The notes under the pieces: generated by a model
The model's database searches: none
Told to the model about the DNA's origin: nothing
What the model saw: only the letters and a program-made list of their open reading frames with translations
Assembly: GCA_017990495.1 (NCBI GenBank)
Contig: JAGNNV010000006.1
Location: 1 to 41,745, forward strand
Source of the DNA: Vicinamibacteria bacterium
GTDB lineage: Bacteria; Acidobacteriota; Vicinamibacteria; Fen-336; JAGNNV01
Direction: 5' to 3'
Length of the DNA: 41,745 bases
Shown: one piece after another, positions 36,164 to 41,745 of the stretch
How the letters are laid out: every line of letters starts with the position of its first letter
Position numbering within the stretch: the first letter of the stretch is position 1
Translations under genes and position numbers: made by a program

Positions 36164-37183
36164 TCAAACCGGCAGCGTGGAAAGCTCGAGGCCTCGGGCG
36201 CTCATCCGGTCTTTATAACGACGCAGGGTTTTCTCGACGTCGAGGATGAGTCCTTCGGTGGTGCTTTCCAGCTGATCGAGAACGCGATGCTGCTGGGTGA
36301 AGTCGGGCTTTTCGACCTCGCGGGAATCGGCGAGCATTTCGAGGCGCGCGCCCCATTCCATCAGACCCTGAAGGCTGGCCTCGGAGTGGGTGTCGAGGTG
36401 CGACGGCTCGGTTTTGCCGAGGTCGAGACCGCGCATGAAGGCGCCGATTTCCCTCCGGCGGGCGCGGGCGCGCTCGATGAGGCTTGCGAACGTCCGCTTG
36501 GTCGGGATCACCCGATTGGGCGGAGCCGCTTCGAAGGCGCCCCGGAACCGCTCTTCGGCGATGCGGGCGAGTTCGAGCAGTTCCCGTTCGCTCGGCGACG
36601 GCAGGAGCTTCTCGGACTTGGCCCGGATTTCCGCGGCGGCCACGTCGAGGGATTCGCGCACGCAGGCCACGGCGCCGCGGAAGAGATACTGGATCTCTTC
36701 ACGCGACTTGAAGCCGTCGGGAAGGAAGACGGTGCCGGCCGCGAACTGGGGGCCGCGGGTGGGCTTGGGGGCCTTGACCTTGCGCCCGGGCTTTTCGGCC
36801 TTGACCTTGCCTTTGGGAGCCACCAGGAGGTTGAGGCCCTTGCCCTTCCCTCCAAGGGCATCGCCGCCCTGGCCGTCGAGGCCCTCTTTCATCTGCCGCT
36901 TGAGGGCGAGGCGCGCTTCCTTGGCCAGGGCCTTGGCCGCGATCTTCGCCTCGAGTTTGGCCTTGGCCCGTTCGATTCTCATCAGCTTCTTCTGGGCTTT
37001 CTCGGCGGCTTTAGCCGCGGCCCGAGCCGCGGATTTGTCGGCGGCGCTGGGTTTGGCGGGCTTCTTGTCCGCCACCTTCACCTTGACGACCTTGGGGGCA
37101 GGGACTTTGACCGCCTTCGCCTTGGCCGGTGGAGCCACGGCCTTGGGGGCGGGCTTTGCTTTGGGTTTCGTTTTGTTTGGCAT
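36164..37183 (-). CDS. Lys/Ala/Pro-rich (histone H1-like tail) protein with unassigned alpha-helical C-terminal domain; candidate partner of the Top6A-like protein
   Basis: ATG lies 19 nt after the top6A-like stop. The first ~150 aa read PKAKPAPKAVAPPAKAKAVKVPAPKVVKVKVADKKPAKP and KAEKPGRKVKAPKP. The last ~190 aa are non-repetitive and predicted helical. I find no Bergerat/GHKL N-box or DxGxG motif. Confidence 0.6.
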   Translation of the reverse strand: MPNKTKPKAKPAPKAVAPPAKAKAVKVPAPKVVKVKVADKKPAKPSAADKSAARAAAKAAEKAQKKLMRIERAKAKLEAKIAAKALAKEARLALKRQMKEGLDGQGGDALGGKGKGLNLLVAPKGKVKAEKPGRKVKAPKPTRGPQFAAGTVFLPDGFKSREEIQYLFRGAVACVRESLDVAAAEIRAKSEKLLPSPSERELLELARIAEERFRGAFEAAPPNRVIPTKRTFASLIERARARRREIGAFMRGLDLGKTEPSHLDTHSEASLQGLMEWGARLEMLADSREVEKPDFTQQHRVLDQLESTTEGLILDVEKTLRRYKDRMSARGLELSTLPV

Positions 37184-37202
37184 GGCGGTTTTGCCCTTTT
37201 TC

Positions 37203-38309
37203 CTAGGGAAGGAACGACTTCGGATTCTTGAGCTTCTCGGGCAGGTAGGTGTCCATGACGAAGTTCAAGGCGTGTTTGGCGAACGCCTGCTGCTCGGCGC
37301 GTTTGCCCATCTTGAGGAGTTGCTCGAAGGCCTTGGCCCAGGCCGGATAGTGCTGGAAGAACGGGTCGTTCTTGAGCGCGTCCTTGGCCCGCTTGATGTC
37401 GACGTCCTTAAGAGGATGGGTGGGGAGGTCGTAATCGATGATGTCCTGCGGCGTGACCCCGAGGAAACGGGCCTGGGGCACGCAGAAGAACTCGTTCAGG
37501 TGGGCGTTGTTTCCGGAGCCGACCTTGAGGGTGCGATAGATGTTGGCGATTCCGTACGGATCGCAGTCGACGAACACGTAGACCGGGATCTTCTTCTCGT
37601 CGGCCAGGCGGCGGACGAAACGCCGCACCGCGCGAGTGGGCACGCCGGCCATGGAGACGAGGATGCAGTTCTCCTTCGCCCAATACTGATGGCGGTTGAG
37701 CCGGTCGAAGATACCGCCCGTTTCAATGGCGAGGATGAACTTGGCCTTGGTCTTGAACTGGAGATGTTCGACTTCGGGCGGGATGCCGTAGGAGCCTGAG
37801 CCGAACTTGGTGCAGTCGATCTCGATGGTTTTGGTCGAGCCCGGTTCCTCGCGGTCGACCACGATGAGGTCGCCGGCGACCAGACCGCCGTGTTCGTCGG
37901 GGGTGAAGCAGAGCTGCTCCTTGTTGACCCCGAAAAGCGCCTCGACGTCGTCGAGGATGGTGTCGGACTCGGTCTGCTCGTCGCAGCGCGCGTCGCCCCA
38001 GTTCTTCGTCTGGTAGTAGGCGTCACGTTTGGTGGCCCGTTCGTCGGTGTCGATCATCTGCTTCGACAACGAGATCATGCGCATGGTCTGGGCGAAGGTC
38101 TTGACCGTGGAGACGGTGAGGGTGCGTTCCTTCTTCTTGCCCAGCATCTCGAAGTGGCCTTTTTTGGCCGAGTAGCGAACGTTCGCCAGAGTGCGCAGGG
38201 GGAACTTCATCTCGGGCTTCTTGAGCCCGTTGATCTTCGACTCGACTTCACGAGCCGTCCCGACGATTTGTGAGATGACGGGCGAGACCGCCGCGCCGGA
38301 TTTAGCCAT
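37203..38309 (-). CDS. top6A: DNA topoisomerase VI subunit A / Spo11-type protein
   Basis: 368 aa. 5Y-CAP catalytic tyrosine context ATKRDAYYQ, Toprim Glu ILAIETGGIF, Toprim DxD VFVDCDPYGIANIYRTLKVGS, and C-terminal FLGVTPQDI and KRAEQQAF, all in the order found in archaeal Top6A. Confidence 0.8.
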   Translation of the reverse strand: MAKSGAAVSPVISQIVGTAREVESKINGLKKPEMKFPLRTLANVRYSAKKGHFEMLGKKKERTLTVSTVKTFAQTMRMISLSKQMIDTDERATKRDAYYQTKNWGDARCDEQTESDTILDDVEALFGVNKEQLCFTPDEHGGLVAGDLIVVDREEPGSTKTIEIDCTKFGSGSYGIPPEVEHLQFKTKAKFILAIETGGIFDRLNRHQYWAKENCILVSMAGVPTRAVRRFVRRLADEKKIPVYVFVDCDPYGIANIYRTLKVGSGNNAHLNEFFCVPQARFLGVTPQDIIDYDLPTHPLKDVDIKRAKDALKNDPFFQHYPAWAKAFEQLLKMGKRAEQQAFAKHALNFVMDTYLPEKLKNPKSFLP

Positions 38310-38332
38310 GCTTTGGAGCCTAACTATGGGTC

Positions 38333-38363
38333 AAAAAATAAAATCCCCGCGTCACGCGGGGAT
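38333..38363 (-). terminator. Intrinsic terminator (minus strand) downstream of the ytxH-like gene, 23 nt upstream of the top6A-like start
   Basis: The minus strand reads ATCCCCGCG-TGA-CGCGGGGAT followed by TTTATTTTTT: a 9-bp GC-rich stem with a U-rich tail. Confidence 0.75.
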
Positions 38364-38444
38364 TCGTCTGCGATGAGACTAAACGTCGCGAAACGGGCTT
38401 CGGCCCGCAGCTTAACACGCCGCGTGCTTCAGCCTGCCTCGCCT

Positions 38445-38660
38445 TTAAGCCGAGATTACGGAGTACGGGTACCCTTCCTCGCGGCGCGGATCCTTGCGCA
38501 CCCGCTTGAGGAACTCGTCCCGTTCGGACTCGATCCGATCCGAGATGCGCCGGCGGGTTTCAGCGCCCGAGGCGGGTGCGACGAGGATGCCGATGGCGGC
38601 TCCGATGGCGCCCCCCGCGATCGCGAGTCCGGCGTACTTGAGTGTCTTGTCGAGTGTCAT
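38445..38660 (-). CDS. YtxH-domain small membrane-associated protein
   Basis: MTLDKTLKYAGLAIAGGAIGAAIGILVAPASGAETRRRISD matches the YtxH pattern (Gly-zipper helix then APxSGxETR). An upstream GTG at 38705 is an alternative start. Confidence 0.6.
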   Translation of the reverse strand: MTLDKTLKYAGLAIAGGAIGAAIGILVAPASGAETRRRISDRIESERDEFLKRVRKDPRREEGYPYSVISA

Positions 38661-38958
38661 GGTCGGTTTCGGCCCCCCTTCATCTTGGCCTTGGTTGAGA
38701 GTCACTCGTATGGACGAGCATGGAGCGTGCCAGGTTTCGTGCGTTTGTGACGGGCATCATGTTTCGTCGCCCCCACACATCGTGTGGCCGCGTCATGGTG
38801 GCCTGTGGACGCCACGCCACGTTGACGCCGCGGCGACGGTAGTGTGACGGATGTCGCACGACCGATTCAGCGGGTCGGAGTCGTCATTCAACCGGTTGAA
38901 GTAGAGGGCGTTCGAGCGGCGTATTCGGCCCGCGGGCACTGGCGTTAAGATCCCGCGC

Positions 38959-39354
38959 ATGGCTCAAGAACCCGGCCGGACCTTGATCGACGCCGACACC
39001 TCGATCGACGGGAAGATTCAAGGCAAGGATGCGACGATCGCGGGCAAGTTCAAGGGGGAGGTTCACCTCTCCGGGGCCCTCGTGATCACGCCCTCCGCCA
39101 ATGTCGACGCCACGATCCAGGCGGCGTTGGTCGAAGTCGGCGGCGCCTTCTCCGGCAAGATCACCTCGCGCAAGGTGGTGGTGCTCGAAACCGGCAAGGT
39201 GACGGGGACCCTCGACGCCGGCCAGTTGGTGGTGCGCGAGGGCGCGGTACTGAACGGGCCGGTGGCCGCGGGCAAGTCGGCCTCCGGGGCGCCTGCGGCA
39301 GCTTCCGGCTCTACCGCACCCGCGCCCGCCACCGCTCCGGCCGCCAAGTCTTGA
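38959..39354 (+). CDS. Bactofilin-family polymer-forming protein
   Basis: Repetitive beta-helix pattern IDGKIQGKDATIAGKFKGEVHLSGALVITPSANVDATIQAALVEVGGAFSGKITSRKVVVLETGKVTGTLDAGQLVVREGAVLNG, plus an Ala/Pro-rich tail. Confidence 0.8.
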   Translation: MAQEPGRTLIDADTSIDGKIQGKDATIAGKFKGEVHLSGALVITPSANVDATIQAALVEVGGAFSGKITSRKVVVLETGKVTGTLDAGQLVVREGAVLNGPVAAGKSASGAPAAASGSTAPAPATAPAAKS

Positions 39355-40424
39355 GACTGAGCGAACTCGCCCCTCGACTGGGCGGAGAGGTCCGCGGTGA
39401 TTCCGCGGTCGAGGTGAGCCGCGTGGCCCCGCTCGAATCGGGAGAGCCAGGGTCCATCTCCTTCTTGTCGCACGCCAAGTACCGCCCCCAGCTTCAGTCC
39501 TGCCGGGCCAGCGCCCTGATCGTGAGCGATCCCTCCCTGGTCGGCTCCGAATCGGGCGCCCCCTCTTTTGCCGCGATCATCGTGGTGAAGGACGCCTACG
39601 TGGCCTATGCCCGGGCCGCCGCCATCCTGCACCCCGGGGTTGTGGAGACCCCCGGCGTTCACCCGAGCGCCGTGGTCCATCCTTCCGCCCGCATCGACCC
39701 CTCCGCCCACGTGGGGGCTTTCGTCTCTGTGGCCGAAGGCGCGTCGGTCGGCGCGCGGTCGGTCCTGCATCCCCACGTCGTCCTCTATCGCGGGGCCGCG
39801 GTGGGCGAAGACACCACGCTGCACGCGGGAGTTTCGATCCGCGAGGGTTGTTCCGTGGGTAACCGGGTGATCATCCATAACAACTCGGTGATAGGCGCGG
39901 ATGGTTTCGGTTTCGCGCGGGACGCGGACGGCCGGCACGTGAAGATTCCCCAGGTGGGCATCGTGGAGATCGGCGACGATGTCGAGATCGGCGCCTTATC
40001 CGCGGTCGATCGGGCCTCGATGGGGGCCACCCGGATCATGCGGGGCACCAAGATCGACAACCTCGTGCAGGTGGGCCACAGCGTGGAGATCGGCGAGGAC
40101 GGGATCTTGTGCGCTCAAGTGGGTGTGGCTGGAAGCACGCGCATCGGGAATCGCGTCATCCTCGCCGGGCAGGTAGGGGTTGCGGACCACGTCACGGTGG
40201 GCGACGACGTCATCGCCAGCGCCCAGTCCGGCCTCCACGGGGAAGTGCCTTCGAAGGCGCGCATGGCGGGCAGCCCCGGCTACGACGCGCGCACCTGGCT
40301 CAAGGTGAGCGCGGGCCTTAAGCAGTTGCCCGATCTCATCCGCAAGGTGCGCGACCTCGAGGCCCGGCTTCAGGATCCGGCGAAGGCCGGCTCCGACCCG
40401 AAGGCCGGCTCAGAAACGACGTGA
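39351..40424 (+). CDS. lpxD: UDP-3-O-acylglucosamine N-acyltransferase
   Basis: N-terminal LSELAPRLGGEVRGD...ISFLSHAKY, then hexapeptide repeats including GADGFGF and KIPQVGIVEIGDDVEIGA. TTG start overlaps the bactofilin stop (TTGA). Confidence 0.9.
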   Translation: MRLSELAPRLGGEVRGDSAVEVSRVAPLESGEPGSISFLSHAKYRPQLQSCRASALIVSDPSLVGSESGAPSFAAIIVVKDAYVAYARAAAILHPGVVETPGVHPSAVVHPSARIDPSAHVGAFVSVAEGASVGARSVLHPHVVLYRGAAVGEDTTLHAGVSIREGCSVGNRVIIHNNSVIGADGFGFARDADGRHVKIPQVGIVEIGDDVEIGALSAVDRASMGATRIMRGTKIDNLVQVGHSVEIGEDGILCAQVGVAGSTRIGNRVILAGQVGVADHVTVGDDVIASAQSGLHGEVPSKARMAGSPGYDARTWLKVSAGLKQLPDLIRKVRDLEARLQDPAKAGSDPKAGSETT

Positions 40425-41239
40425 CCGAGCGACCGATCCCACCCGCGGCCGACCGCCTGTGTCCGGTGATCCGGCGCGAATCGCTGGGCGGGGCGTACGT
40501 CCTCCTCACCTTCGCCCATCCCGAGGTGGCGAAGGCCGAGGCCGGTCAATTCGCCATGATCCAGCCGGAAGCGGGAACCGATCTGATCCTGCGCCGCCCG
40601 TTTTCGATCATGGACACCGATCCCGCGGCCGGCCTTTTCACCATCTTCCTCAAGGCGGTGGGGCCGGGGTCGAAGGCGGTGTTCGACTTGCGCGAGGGCG
40701 AAAACGCCCGTGTGCTTGGCCCGCTCGGCCATGGCTTCTCCGCTCCCGGGCCGGGAGAGTCCGTTCACCTCGTGGGCGGCGGCTATGGTGTGGCCCCCTT
40801 CGCCCTCTTCTCTCGTCACCTCAAGAGCGCAGGGGGCCCTTTCCACCTCTTCTATGGCGGTCGGACCGGCACCGAACTTCCGCTGGTGGGCGAGTTGGAA
40901 CGGCGCGGCATCGCCCTTACGCTCTCCACCGATGACGGCACGCGGGGTGAAACCGGCCGAGTTACCGCACCGCTGCTGAAAGCCCTCGACCGGGAGAAGG
41001 GCCAGTCGCGGCTCTACGCCTGCGGTCCTGAGGCCATGATGCAGGCGGTGGCCAAGATCGCGGCCGAGCGCAACCTGCCCTGCGAAGTGAGCCTCGATCC
41101 CTGGATGGGGTGCGGTCTCGGCACCTGCCTCGGCTGCGTGGTGAAGATCCAGGAGGCGGACGAACTGCGGCCGCGGAACCGCCCCGCCTGCACCGAAGGC
41201 CCGGTGTTCGACGCGAAGCGCGTGGTGTGGCCTCACTAG
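40421..41239 (+). CDS. pyrK: Dihydroorotate dehydrogenase (class 1B) electron-transfer subunit
   Basis: FAD/NAD-binding pattern RRPFSI and HLVGGGYGVAP, plus the C-terminal 2Fe-2S cysteine cluster MGCGLGTCLGCVV...C. GTG start overlaps the lpxD stop (GTGA). Confidence 0.85.
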   Translation: MTERPIPPAADRLCPVIRRESLGGAYVLLTFAHPEVAKAEAGQFAMIQPEAGTDLILRRPFSIMDTDPAAGLFTIFLKAVGPGSKAVFDLREGENARVLGPLGHGFSAPGPGESVHLVGGGYGVAPFALFSRHLKSAGGPFHLFYGGRTGTELPLVGELERRGIALTLSTDDGTRGETGRVTAPLLKALDREKGQSRLYACGPEAMMQAVAKIAAERNLPCEVSLDPWMGCGLGTCLGCVVKIQEADELRPRNRPACTEGPVFDAKRVVWPH

Positions 41240-41254
41240 GGACTTGAACCAGCC

Positions 41255-41745
41255 ATGACCCCCTCCTTAGGCGTCCAGATCGGTTCACTGAACCTCAAGA
41301 ACCCGCTCCTCGCGGCCTCGGGGACCTGCGGTTACGGTGTGGAGATCGCTCACGTCGTCGACCTGAGGACTCTGGGCGGGATCGTCACCAAGGGCCTTTA
41401 TATGGCCGCCCGCGACGGGTGCGAAGTCCCCCGCATCGCCGAGACTCCGGCCGGTCTGCTCAACGCCATCGGCCTGCAGGGCGTGGGAATCCGCGCCTTC
41501 GTCGAGAAGGTGCTGCCGCGTTTGCGCGACTTCGACACCGCGGTGGTGGTGAACGTGTGCGGTGAGACGGTGGAGGAGTACGCCGAGGTTTCGCGCATCG
41601 CGAGCGCCGCCGCAGGCGTCCACGCTCTCGAGATCAACATCTCCTGCCCCAACGTGAAGACGGGCGGCATCGCTTTCGGCACCGATCCGCGGATGACCCA
41701 TGAGGTGGTGGCGGCGGTACGCAGGGCGAGCGCCCTGCCCGTGAT
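41255..41745 (+). CDS. pyrD: Dihydroorotate dehydrogenase (class 1B) catalytic subunit, 5' partial (runs off the window)
   Basis: This ORF is not in the ORF track because it has no stop in the window. My own translation from ATG 41255 gives MTPSLGVQIGSLNLKNPLLAASGTCGYG...LLNAIGLQGVG...ALEINISCPNVKTGG. Confidence 0.9.
   Translation, partial: MTPSLGVQIGSLNLKNPLLAASGTCGYGVEIAHVVDLRTLGGIVTKGLYMAARDGCEVPRIAETPAGLLNAIGLQGVGIRAFVEKVLPRLRDFDTAVVVNVCGETVEEYAEVSRIASAAAGVHALEINISCPNVKTGGIAFGTDPRMTHEVVAAVRRASALPV

Noticed and set aside
36390-37799. 469-aa plus-strand ORF antisense to the Lys/Ala-rich gene and the top6A-like gene
   Set aside because: The opposite strand encodes a protein with unmistakable Top6A motifs. 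The antisense frame of a Lys/Ala-rich gene naturally stays open (Leu/Ala/Phe/Gly-rich) and shows no domain signature.
38887-38900. Perfect 14-bp palindrome TTCAACCGGTTGAA about 60 bp upstream of the bactofilin start
   Set aside because: By a rough base-composition estimate, a handful of perfect 14-bp palindromes are expected by chance in about 42 kb. It has no second copy and no flanking promoter elements that I can identify. It could be an operator, but it is not distinguishable from chance here.
1-41745. Search for prophage, integrative element, defence island, toxin-antitoxin or compositional island
   Set aside because: I recognised no integrase, transposase, tRNA attachment site, restriction-modification, Cas, abortive-infection or toxin-antitoxin-like genes. 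By eye, codon and GC style is uniform apart from short intergenic AT-richer patches.

Overview
Visibly GC-rich, densely coded bacterial chromosomal segment. It comes from a diderm: lpxD, twin-arginine signals and a lipobox are present. I support about 43 CDS, one of them (pyrD) running off the 3' edge. I found no rRNA, tRNA, CRISPR array, transposase or integrase. Most of the content is housekeeping. One co-directional minus-strand run (38.7 kb down to 23.8 kb) carries ytxH-like | top6A-like + Lys/Ala-rich partner | rplM-rpsI | rpsB-tsf-pyrH-frr | thrC-asparaginase | a five-gene two-component/c-di-GMP cluster. Elsewhere there are gltA, pdxJ, a PAS-GGDEF gene abutting apaH, an SSF symporter with a GH109-like oxidoreductase, an MscS channel, a YdbS/YdbT PH-domain pair, and bactofilin-lpxD-pyrK-pyrD. 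The best candidate for something undescribed is at 36164-38309. A full-length Topo VI subunit A / Spo11-type gene has its 5Y-CAP tyrosine and Toprim acidic motifs intact. The gene 19 nt downstream is not a GHKL Top6B but a 339-aa protein with a histone-H1-like Lys/Ala/Pro-rich N-terminus and an unassigned helical C-domain. The pair is wedged directly upstream of rplM, and a strong intrinsic terminator sits only 23 nt before the top6A start. The second solid oddity is an exactly phased 17-bp tandem repeat (4 perfect copies plus 2 partial) that begins inside the last codons of pyrH and fills the pyrH-frr spacer. All domain calls come from reading motifs in the supplied translations. No database search was run, and start codons are often uncertain in this GC-rich DNA.
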